DNA of 64,000 bases, taken from assembly GCA_023920165.1 (NCBI GenBank), contig CP089277.1, forward strand, positions 3,224,001-3,288,000. Direction: 5' to 3'. This stretch comes from Curvularia clavata (lineage: Eukaryota). Made by a program: the position numbers and the translations under genes. A model generated the notes under the pieces. The model was not told the DNA's origin. It did not search any database and saw nothing but the letters and a program-made list of their open reading frames with translations. This document shows, in pieces, positions 50,336 through 61,962 of this stretch (positions within the stretch are counted from its first letter, which is position 1; every line of letters begins with the position of its first letter).

Positions 50336-51994
50336 ATGCCTTCTCTGTTCAAGCGTAGCAAGAAGGCCGCCGAGGCTGACGTGCCCGCCCCCGCCCCAGA
50401 GTCCCATGACGTTCCTGATGTCCCTATCCCCATGACACAGAGGCGACCAGAGTCTACCACAACAGGCAACTATGTTCCCAGGAACCCCTCCAACCTCTCC
50501 TTCGGTCCCATTTTCCCCAACCAGATGAGCAATGCTGAGATCCGGAAACAACCACGGCCCTTCAAGAGCTACCGGCTACGAGGAGAGTATGTTGTTCATG
50601 TCTTGGCCCTAATCTCTTCCACCATCTGACCAAACATTCTAGGCGCGAGTTGCCATGGAAAGATGACCCACGCATGAAGAAGACCAAGGTTGGCAACTGG
50701 ATCACCCTTGGCTTCATCTTTATTGGTTTTGCCGTCAGTGGTTACATCATGTACACTGGTGTTCAAGAAGCCCAAGTTCCCGAAACATGTCTTATCATGG
50801 AGGATCACTTCGAAAAGATCGACCCCGCTAGTTGGAGTCACGAGATCCAGGTAAGACGTCGCAGTACCCTCATATCGTCTCAAAACTAACATGGCGGCTA
50901 CCTAGACCGGCGGTTATGGTAATGGCGAGTTTGACTGGACCACCGATGACGCAAAGAACAGCTATGTCGACGCAGAGGGTCTTCACATTGTCCCCACTTT
51001 GACAACCGAGTCCACGGGCATCACTGCAGAGCAGCTTGTCAACGGCTACACGCTCAACATTACAAAGGCAGGCGGCGACGGTTCCTGCACTTCGTCCGAC
51101 TACAAGTCTTGCAGCATCCGTTCCAACGCGACTACTGGTGCCATCATTCCTCCTGTTCGCTCCGCGCGTTTGACTACCAAGGGAAAGAAGTCCATCAAGT
51201 ACGGACGTGTCGAAGTCGTTGCCAAGACTGCAAAGGGTGACTGGCTTTGGCCCGCCATCTGTAAGTTTTATATGGCTTGCCAGAGAACATGTGAGCCAGT
51301 GCTAACAGAGACGCATAGGGATGATGCCTGAAGAGAGCGTTTACGGCGACTGGCCTCGCAGCGGAGAGATTGATATCGCCGAGTTCCGTGGAAACGCATG
51401 GCCATATCCCGAGGGTAATGACTTCGTTTCCTCGACTCTCCACTGGGGTCCCGACTCGAAGCACGACGGCTACATCAACACTCACGGCACTTCCTTCTTC
51501 CGTCGCGAAACCTTTGCCTCGACCTACCACACTTTCGGCCTTGAGTGGACCGAGAATTACCTCTTCCTGTACCTCGACAGCCGTCTCAAGCAAGTCATGT
51601 ACACGCGCTTCAACGCCAAAAGCGATCTCTGGGCAAAGGGTAAATTCAACGGTGTTACCACGAGCAACGGAACCCTTGTCGAAAACCCATGGATCAAGGG
51701 CGGCCCCAACGCACCATTCGACCAGAAATTCTACCTTATTCTCAATGTGGCTGTTGGTGCGCAGAATGGCTGGTTCTTTGACGGCGAGGGCAACAAGCCG
51801 TGGGTCGACGGCAGTGACTTTGCTGTACGCGACTTTTGGAATGGTAAGTGCTCCACTCATCTTCGTCATGATCTACTGTACAGCAACTAACAATATCCGC
51901 AGCCAAGGATGATTGGCTCCCAACCTGGGGCGAGGGTGCTGCCCGCGGCATGACGGTCAAGTCTGTCAAGATGTGGCAAGCCGGCAAGTGCTAG
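50336..51994 (+). CDS. GH16 beta-glucanase/transglycosylase-like protein with N-terminal membrane anchor, 5 exons
   Basis: 'YGRVEVVAK..KGDWLWPAIWMMP', catalytic 'WPRSGEIDIAE', 'APFDQKFYLILNVAVG'. Single TM 'WITLGFIFIGFAVSGYIMY' after a cytosolic N-terminus. Confidence 0.92.
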
Positions 51995-54940
51995 AGCCGC
52001 CTTTGGACTGCCGCGTTTTGTTTGCATCTTCGACATTTGGGATCGGCACGGGTCACAGCTTTCCGTGCCCTTTGCCCACTACTCAACGGCTGTGTTGCCG
52101 CGCATCTTTTTCTTTTAATGTGGGTAATTGGCAGGTAACGGCACGTTAGACGTTTTTCGCACACTGGGATGATAGAGGCGCATTAGGCGCGTCTCTTTTG
52201 GGCGTACTTGGGTCGCGCAATGAATCGTTACCAAAAAGGCAACATCAGCAACTAAGTTGTACAATTACATTTTAATCCATGATCATTTCACCATCTCGTC
52301 TATCCGATACAGCTTGCTTACGGACCTTTGACGGACCTTTTTTCGATCCTTTGTTACTTTTTCCTTCTGTACTTACACCTGCCGTGCGACACGGCAATGT
52401 TGCTGGGTACTGGGTACAAAAACGACGTCGCATAAGCATTTGTCTCCACCTCAGCTGGCCCCAACTGCCGGCATGACATTGGCAGATCTGCAAAAGTCCC
52501 TGCAACAGGGCAAAGCGAGATTCCCGCGCCACAGTTACCAAAGAAAGAAAAATTAGAAACAGAAAAAGAAAAATCTCCTATTGCTGCCACCACGTCATTG
52601 GAGCCAGTAAAACATGTCGCCGCAGTCCCCTCTCGTCTCAAAGGGAGACAATGGGGAGGGGCTCAACACAAAATTGTATGCATACATTACTCGCTATGCT
52701 TGTTCGCCCGATACGGCCGTGTGTGTACGGACACCCCTGTCACGCATCTCGCCAGGCTGTCCCGTTGCGAGAGCGAGACCGACAAATCGAGCCATTGTGG
52801 GCTTGTGCGTGCCCTCTCCCTCCCTCCATCTGTGCGCCGCTTACCCACGCGATACCAATACGATGTGCTGCTATAGGATAGGGGTGGGAGGGGGAGAGCG
52901 CATGGGCGGCCACATGGCCGTATCTCACCCCACCCACCGATCCTTCGAGCATGCAATGCGAATCCTTCAGATCCATCATCTATCAAGATACCAAGATTGT
53001 TGCAACTATGCCTATCCACCTATCCACACTTTCTCTTCGTACCGTTGAGTGTTGTTGGCTGTTTTTCTTTTTTTCTTCGCGGACCGTTCCCCACTGCACT
53101 GACCCCTGCTGTTTCTCTCCTCTCACCCCTTGCTTAGCACCAAACGCTCTTCTCTGCAATTAGTAACAACACCCATGGCTTCCCTTTTTTTTTCCCATCC
53201 TTCCAAACCTTCGCAGCTATTGAAACCCGGCGCTTGTTCCATGCTAGCACTGGCTTGTTTTCTTTCAGCTCCTCGCGCTCACGCTACGAATGCGGGTAGG
53301 TTGAAACGCACAAGTGGACGAGTCGGGGAGTCGCGCGTGGGGAGGCTACACGTCGACAAGGGAAAGAAAAAGGAGACAGGGATTCGGGGGGTTGGACGGG
53401 CCGGGCGGACGAGGCTCCGTGCGAGGGGGTGGGCGGATGCCAGTTGGAGTGAACCAACACCCACACCGCGCAGAGATCAAGGAGAGGGAGGGAGGAGTGA
53501 CAGGGATTAGGCCTTGCGCAGACTGCCTGTAGGCAAAGATGGTGTGTGTTGGGCCGTTTCAACAGAAGGGAAGTTTATGGGTTTGCGGGTCGCGGGCTTT
53601 TTTTGGCACTTGTTTTTGCTCGCCCGCATTTTTCCTACTGTTTTGTTTTGCGGACTCAGGCGCTGGGCGTTTTGGCGTTTTGGCGTGGTCCAGCACTCTG
53701 GGTCGAGTCAACGCACAGAAGACAAGAGTCAGTTGTGGGAGAGAGTAAGTATCTTTACACGGCCGTTTCAGCCGCACACCTAGTGTACCGCATATAGTTG
53801 TTTGTTTTCTTGACGATTTATTTAATCTCCCCCCTTCCAAAGATGCGACTTTTACACAATCATGACATGGTTGCCAAAGGGGGTGGAGGCGTCTGCCCCC
53901 GAGGCAAAAACCTAGCGACTAGTCGCGTCATGTCATTTCGCTAGGTACCGTCCGTTGTTGGTCTTTCTTGTGTGGTACGCAACGTGCAAAATCAGGTACA
54001 CCTCATTACCACTTCTACGCCATATAAAGTATGCGTGTCATTGCAATATACATACTCCAATCCGCGGTACTTGGCACGCCCACACGCTCATTCCGCTGCC
54101 AACTCCATTCTTTTCCTTCATCCCTAGTAGTTCATTCCACGGACACCCCGAATGGCGCCGATATAGCCTGTCTCGATATATTGGCCGGCTGGTCGGCAGC
54201 TAGGCAACGATCGAGCGTGTTAGACGATCGCAAACATGCTTCCCGCGCAAGCCCTTGCTTGGGGAGCTGGAGAACGCCGGATGGTGACAGCGGACTGGAC
54301 AGACCCAGGAACCGGGGCTACTATGCACGGAATCACACAACGAAACAGCACAGAACGCGCTCACCGGCTGTTGTCCCACCTTATCGTACCACATTGTATC
54401 CTGCTACCACTTGCTTGCTTTGTGAAAGTGTGAAACCCATGTGATTACATGCGATGACACCACACGCTGTTACTAACAATATATTGACTGTTCCTCGGCT
54501 ATGTACATGTACATGCATGTGTGCGAGACGGTTTGGCTAGCTACATGGCACCCAACACTTGTGCATGCATTATCTGAGGCACGGTTATCTCGTGTTGTGC
54601 TATCGGGGATTTAGGGCCAGCCGTACTCAACGAAAAACCAAGGAACGTTATCTCTACATATACGAACAAAGATACACGTGCATGGTGTGTAGTGTTCGTA
54701 GGATGAAGGATGCCGTGCTGACTGCGGCTGGTATCCACACCGTCCCGCCTGCGCGCAGGATTGTGGCAGAGATTTTCTTGCTGATGGCATGGCCTGGGCG
54801 GATTAGTACGCAGATTTGTAGCAATGATTGGCATACCGCCCGAGGGCAAGGCGGCCAATGCACAACAACAATCTACATAGCGAAGCGGCTCGGCCGGAGA
54901 GTCGACTTTCCGGGTGCCCATCACTGCTACAATCTGCTAT

Positions 54941-56800
54941 CTAGATCTGCGACTGCTGCCTCACCGCAACCTTGACCTGAAAATCGCGCGGCTTGACGAA
55001 CCAGTAATTCGTCGTCTTCCACTCACACTCCTGATTTCCCGCCTGCAGGTGGCTAGCGAGCGTAAAGTCAAAGTCGCGAACGAGCATGGGAACTAGCTTG
55101 GATATTTCGAGTAACGAAATGTGTCGCCCGATGCAGGTCCTCGAGCCGAGGCCAAACTATTCATTTCTTCGTTAGCCAAAATGACGTACAACGTACATGT
55201 AGTAGTAAACTCTAGAAGAAAACAGGCCGAGAGAAAACAAAACGAAGCGCGGGACGGGATGGCAGTGGCAAAAGAAAAATGCATGACGAAATCCCAACAT
55301 ACCGGCATCCAATTACGCTCCATTAGACTGAGTTTCTCTTTATCCGATGTGAGCCAACGCTCCGGCCTAAAGTGATTTGCATCCGGCCCAAAGATAGCCT
55401 CATCGCGATGAGCAACCCAGGAGTTGATTCCGACAATAGTCTAGCAAAACAAGATCGTAATCAGTAAACTATCCTCTACGGCAGGTGGTGTAGTACCAAT
55501 TCTGCACATCGTAATCAGGCTCAACAGGGTACTTACACCTTCGGGGAAGAAAACATTGCATATCTCCGCTCCACCGGCTGGCACTACGCGTTCGAGAGGC
55601 AGACCAGTGGCGGGATGCATTCGCAGTGCTTCTTTGACTACAGCTTGCAGGTACGGCATCTCCTGACTTTCCTTGAACGTGATGAAGTGGCTGCCTCTGC
55701 CCTGTTGCCGTCGTTCATCCACCTCCTGTCGGAGTGTCTTGAATGTGTCTGGGTATTTAAGTAGGTAATACAGTATAGCAGAAAGGGTGATGCTAGTCGT
55801 ATCTGAGCCAGCGACCATGTTCGACACACAGCCCGACGTGAGGTGATACATGGTGAAGGCCTGGGGGTTGTCTGCATTCTTCTTGAAGAACTTTGTCAAA
55901 AAGTCCATGCTCGTTTTGCCCTCTTCTGCTCCTGTATCCACTGGTATCCCTTTGGTCTGCTGTGCTTGATGCTCGGCAATACGATCCAAGGTGAACTTCA
56001 TCACGTATGCTCTTCCCGTCCCCGTTGGGCCAGCTAGCCAGTTGCGGATGGGAAAGAGGTATTTGTGCAACCACGAGTAGATGCCTGTGAGGGTTGCATA
56101 GTGCAAGTGATCTTCCAACGCGGCCATCACGCCACGGATGTCCTCGCCTCGGTTGAGGAAACCTAACCGCTTGGAATATGTTATCATTCCTATTACATCA
56201 AATGCGTAGCATTGCATCCAGTGGCCCATATCTGTGAAGGCACCTGCACTGGCGACTTCCTGAAGCCGCTGGCTGAAGAGATCCGCACACTCGTCTACAA
56301 ACGGCTCATAAGTCACAAGCGAGGACATACTGTACGTGCTCTGATACTGCCGGCGGTTCTCGCTATGTCGCGAAATCGTTTGGTCGGCGAAGAGCGACCA
56401 TTGCGATGGCGCCGGGTTCTGCCATGTCGCATACCAGCTTGACTTTGGAAACTTTGCGCCATGACCGTAGATAGTCTTTTGTGCGGATTGCGAAGAAAAG
56501 GAATACCGGTTCGGTCCGTAGCGAATGATCTCGCCTAAGTGAGCGTGTTAAGACCTCTTGCCTAGTCGCTTGTGCATGGGAGGAATGCAGTAATGACGTA
56601 CCGTGTTTGCGGTGCAGCTCGATATTATCCCATTCGAACCTGCCTTTTTGAACATGCCATAAGTACCACAAGTCGGTAAACCTCGCAGCAATCGGTCCGG
56701 GTATGTTTCGTAACGGCGAAAAGTATGTTCTGAGGAACGGGTATAAGATTCGTGCTAAGAGTGCAACTGAAGCAGCAACAGCGAGAACGGCGAAATGCAT
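54941..56800 (-). CDS. Cytochrome P450 (pisatin-demethylase-like group), 4 exons
   Basis: N-terminal anchor plus 'IPGP', 'AGSDTT', 'KEALRMHP', 'FRPERW', and haem motif 'FGLGSRTCIG'. The frame is intact after splicing. Confidence 0.95.
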
Positions 56801-57764
56801 GTTTTTTGTTTCTCTAATAGACTAGAAATGGGTGATGTGACGGAGCCTATCCAGTTACCCTTTTGATCATGATACGATGTGCTTCTTTACACCGCATGCT
56901 ATTCATGCTTCTTATAGCGATGATGATAGTGCGGGGAAGTGATGATGCGGAATGTGGGGTGCGGATGCGAATCACGGGTTTGGCCTCGTACGAGCTCAGT
57001 GTTCATGTGATCTCTGGAGATGTCTTCATTTTCAGAATGATTGGATAGAATTTATGTGAGGTTGGAAGAGATCATCGCATTTAAATGCTGAAGTGTGGTG
57101 GTTGTGCTGTTCAAGCATCTAATGTCATACCCGAGGTTATGGTTTTCACACTGCATAATATCAGCGGGAATAGGTAGTAGATTGAGATAACCATACCTAA
57201 TCAGATAGATGGATTGCAGTGGAAGAATACTGTTTGTCTACCTTGAGCTCAAACGAAGTCACTTTCATCAGCCTCGCTTTCAGCAACTCTCGACATCTAC
57301 TTGAGAATAAACTGAGATTAGCGAAAGTGTCCTAAAATTCCAGAATCATGGATTGAATCAAGTTGTGGATGCATTGAAAACTGTGATACACGCCTTATAT
57401 GGCTATGTTTAGGTATTTTAATCGTGGACCATTTTTCTAGGTTCAAAGGGTCGATGTAGCAAATAACAGATACATGAACTGTCTTTTCAATCATTGTTGG
57501 GTCAGCACCGTCTTGAGTTGAATCCATGAGCTCAGAAATATCAATTTCCTCTTGAATAGGTATACCCATAATCACTCATCAGTCTGAAGGGTTCACAATC
57601 ACATTAAACATCAATGCTCCGTATTACTTAAAAGTCTGCTGTATTCTCAGCGATTTTCTTGCTGTTATTATGCTTAGTCATGACCATCTTAGGTTCAATT
57701 CGTGATCGCTTTCACTTTCAAGATTCATGCCGGTCCGAGGAAATGGGGTGTGTGGACTGCCTTC

Positions 57765-58848
57765 TTAGAAAACCAGTTGCCACAAATCCGTCAAGCGTTC
57801 GTTGTTTTCACCCAGTCCACCGTGGATCACGATGCTGTCGTTACCACTTTCTGCTTTTACAACATCAGCATCGAACCACCCACGCGGTTCAGGCTTGCCC
57901 TCGGCGCCTTCAGGTTGAAGCTGAGTCCACCATTTCTCGCTGATATCGTAGATCCAGACATCACTTAGCATCTTGCCAGCGCCGGCGTGACCCAGTGAAG
58001 AGGGATCACGTTCACCAAAGAGTGTCAGGAGCTTGTCCTTTTGAGCAAGTCTGACTGGTAGTAAGACACAAACACTCCGTGCTTCAGGACCAATATAGCC
58101 ATCGGCCTCGAAAGTATCGGTGGTCCATGTGTTGCTTGCCTGGTCGAATACGTCGATGCTACCTCCTTGTTCGGTGTTGCCGTCGAAACCATTCATTCTG
58201 TAGAGCTTGCCAGCATGATACGCAATCGAGGCGCCTCCTCGCTGGGGGCCAGGAGCATCTGGTGCTTGTGTCCAGGTACGGTTGTTAATGTTGAACATCC
58301 ACAGGTCGGATAGGCGTCCCTTAGCTGGACATCCAGCATGGAGAAAGAAGGTCTCGTTGCCATCACTAGTCGAGCAGTGGTAGCTGCGTGCTGGTGGACT
58401 AGGCGCTGAGGAATCAACTGGCGTAATCTTTGTCCATGATGAGCTTGCAGGATCATAGCACCAGACTGCGCCCTGTTCTTCTATAGGGGCCATGTCGACA
58501 CCACCGCGACCAGAGAACAAGTACATTTTGCCATTGAGGACAGCCGACGCACTTCCAACTCTTGGACTGGGCGCTGCGGAGGCAGATCTCGTTTCCAAAC
58601 TTGCTGTATCTGTGGTAGTTTTAGTCACATACCCTAGCGTCTGGCTCGGTGAGGGGTTGCATACTGGACTTGAGCGGAATCACATCGACCTTGTCGTCTA
58701 TAGGCTCCCTTGGCTTAACTTCACCACCAAATATACAGACGTTTGAATCAATGACAGAGAGGACGTGAGAAGAGCGACGCAATCGCTCGTCATTAATGAG
58801 ACGCTTCCAAGAGCCCTTGAGCGTATGGATTGGCTTGCTAACAGGCAT
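57765..58848 (-). CDS. Kelch beta-propeller protein similar to plant nitrile/epithio-specifier proteins, 2 exons
   Basis: Kelch repeats 'RSSH...FGGEVKPREPID', 'PRVG...FSGRGG', 'ARSYH', 'RGG', 'ARSV...FGERDPSSLGHAGAG', 'PRGWF...HGGLGENNERL'. Intron at about 58610-58664. Confidence 0.85.
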
Positions 58849-59139
58849 TGTGATTGTGCTGGCCCTGAACTTAATTCCAAAATTTGAAAAGGTTGACAGC
58901 CAAATTAGAGAGGAGAATGTAAATGACTTGAAGACAGGTGTAAAGTAGGAAAATTGCGTCACACGGGAGAAATATCGCAGTGAGTACAGGATTCCGCCAT
59001 GCGGAAACGCGCTAATTTCAAACCGGACTAGCCACACGCGCATACAGGGTGGATCGTCATTGGCCGCGCTCCATCTCCAAAGTTCGCGACCCAGCGGCCT
59101 ACAGTTTGTCGCAAAGCATAACCAACTTGGCCTGCCGCA

Positions 59140-61324
59140 ATGAGGATTCGACTGACGGTCCAGAGGAACGCGCTACCTGCTACCAACATACTCTGGAATG
59201 TGCCCGACACCAATAGCGCACAGGCATACACGATCGCGCGTCTGCTCGAAGATGTCAACCATATTATCCCACTCGAGGCAGAACATTGGGGCTTAGAGCA
59301 CTATGTTGTTGAGGTGGGCGGGTTTGAGTGCTTACACTTTATGCCTGTGGTCAACGTGCTCAAGGAAGACGACCATGTTTCGTAGGAAGCACCGTGCTAA
59401 TTGTGCTACTACTATATACTGACGATTCTACTCTAGCATCCGACCGATCATGACGGCTGAAGTACGCGCGCGCACACTTACTGGTCGTGACCAGATATCC
59501 GAAGGAGGACAGCACCTTGTCGACGGCATTCCCTTTGGTCGACCCTACCTACGAGAGCCGAACCGTCCGCCCATTCGCATACCTCCGCGCAAGCGACGCC
59601 GACTCGGCAGTGGAGAAGTAGAGGAAGGCGCAGAACCAGAGGATGTGGCTTTACTTACGGAACACGGTGAAGATGTTGAACAACGAGAAGAGGAACATCT
59701 CCCGCTCATAAACGGCCATACAGTCTCTAAAAATAAAGCAAATCAGTCGCGAAGAGTGGCTAAAACAGTGCAGTTCCAGGAAATGGAAGTCGATACATCT
59801 GACGATAGTGAGGAAGACGACGAGGACTTTGCGCCAGAGGGTAACGAGGAATCTGCTTCTGAAGAGAGTTCAGTAGTCAGTTCGGACTCAGACTCAGACT
59901 CGGATTCGAGTTCGGCTAGCGCTTCATTCAGTGCTTTAGACACATCAGATTCAGATTCAGAATCAGGATCGAGTGATTCTGACTGTCGTTCTGACTCCGA
60001 TTCTGATTCCAGCGGCAGCGACGGGAGCGCTCCCCCCGACGTTTTGTCCTCCAAGGTTGGTAGCAAGGCTACCGTTCCTCCGGGTAAAGGTCTCAAAGCA
60101 ACAAAGGCTCGGAACTCTCGACGTGCTAGGGTGAATCGCCTTCGTCGTCTTATCACAGCTGGTGTCCTACCCGAGGGTGCGGGCCTGAGTGACTTAAAAG
60201 ACTATGAGGAAGCGAAGCAACACCAACCCAGAGAAACCCCAGAAGAAGAATCTGTCAGGACACAGCCTTACTCCAAGTCTCAAGGGAAGAGGAAACGCTT
60301 TGACGAAGAGGATTCGGCAGCATTGACTGCTGAGGATGTTGTAGAGCTGGAGCGAGTAAAACGAAAGCTAATGGCAAGGTTTGAAGACATTTATCCTACT
60401 ACAGCATCATCGGACGCGCCCCTGCCATCACTGAGTGCAGATTCTAAAGACACCGATACACCGCCAACAACGGTAACTGACGATGGTGGTTCTGCGAAGA
60501 AACAGGTGGCTTCGAGAAGGCTGCGACCAGATATTGGTGCTATCGGCCGAATACTTGCTCGGCAAGCACCACCAGTGGTCAGAACAGGAAGAAACAAGGC
60601 GGTAGTTGATGAATCTCCAGAGCCCGAAGGAGCATCAGACCCTGATTTCTGGAAGTCTCGCATCAACGTCTCCGCATTTGAGTGCTGGGATGAGGAATTT
60701 GAGCTCAGCGCGCCGCCATTTCCATTTAAACAACATTGGGACCCGGCTAGTAAGCTCATGCAAGAGAAGGCGGCCAAGAAGAAGCAGAAGAAGCGGAATT
60801 CTGCACCACAGCAGAAGCGCCTGATGGAAGAAGAGGATGAGGGAGAGAAGATTATTTTAGACTACGACGATGCTCCTGCAACGAGCAATGACTCCGAGGT
60901 CATCAATGCAGCTGTTGAAGACCAACTCCAACAGGAGCTTACGACGGCCGCGCGAACCGACTTGCCACCCCTGCCGGAAGATATGAGCACATTGCCCGAT
61001 CTCACAGCTCAGGACATGAAGCAAGGTGCCATTATCGCATGCAAGTTCTTCACGGTCAATCCCATCACAGTCACGCCCGAAATTAGCGGCTATAAGACAG
61101 CTGTAGTGGAACACGAAGGCGATTCCGGCCCCGGAGCAGGCACGATTCAGCTGAAGATTGCAGCGCGCGATCTGGTTAAGAAAGAGAAGAAGTTTGACAG
61201 CAAGGGCAACCGAATCTTCAATGCCGCAGATGCGCTCCTCATGGAGGATGACGACGAAGAAGAGGGTTTATGGGAAGGGCATTTTGGCGAACTGCTGGAA
61301 GCAAAGCTGGTGAAAGCTGGGTAG
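59140..61324 (+). CDS. Hypothetical nuclear protein, probable coilin/Mug174-like homologue, 2 exons
   Basis: Folded N-terminus 'MRIRLTVQRNALP', NLS 'PRKRRR', S/D-rich tract, K-rich tract, and a coilin-like Tudor C-terminus 'GAIIACK...TPEISGYKTAVV...FGELLEAKLV'. Intron 59382-59436. Confidence 0.7.
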
Positions 61325-61962
61325 AGAGTGGGACTGATGATTCCAATACCTATCAGGCGCGATAAACTAGCGCTATGGCCTTTCGTGTTCATATACTGTA
61401 TTAATATGCTGAATTTCGTGTACATACCTAGAATCAGAAGCATGTGCCCCTCTGAAAGATCTGTAAGCCTCGGAAGACATGCACCGATTGGCTGTGGGAT
61501 CTGGCCGAAGCTAGGGTCTTGTCAGCTGTGTGTACCCCGCCAAACGTCATTTTGCCCCTTCCCCGGGCTGCATGAACTGAACGGCGATCTTTGAGCCCTT
61601 GTCCACAACCATGGAGTAGAAAGAGTATGAGCATACTGTCGCATACTGGCGTCTTTGGTATACGTTTCACAAATCTTACAAGCGGTCTGGGAGATCCTGC
61701 GGCTGTCGTTCGGAGCCTGCCGCCGGTACAATCCTTTTCCTCGGCGCCAGGAATCCAAATCCATGCTCCATTTTGCCCCTAACAACTGCCGTGGTGGGGT
61801 AGCTTCATTGTTAGGTATTACGATGGGTACACATTATGCAATGAGACGGGTGAGACAGTGTACAAATTTTCTGTCCTCGCCGTCTGGCTTTGCTTTCCTG
61901 ATCTACTAATCCTTCTCTTTTCTTTCCACCAGGCCAAGAATTTTACCATAAGATCTGTTACC

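Noticed and set aside
52000..54900. 3 kb gap between convergent GH16 and P450
   Set aside because: No credible ORF, tRNA boxes or repeat structure found by eye.
57050..57700. AT-richer stretch with an 85-aa ORF, possible RIP relic
   Set aside because: No terminal repeats or transposon motifs, and the AT enrichment is mild.
4414..61324. Co-occurrence of RNP genes (SNRNP40, CTNNBL1, coilin-like, candidate TER)
   Set aside because: They are spread over 57 kb among unrelated housekeeping genes, which is consistent with chance.
61450..61960. TPP-riboswitch-like element upstream of the MetE-like gene
   Set aside because: The conserved CUGAGA and GAUAAU/AGCG core motifs are absent.
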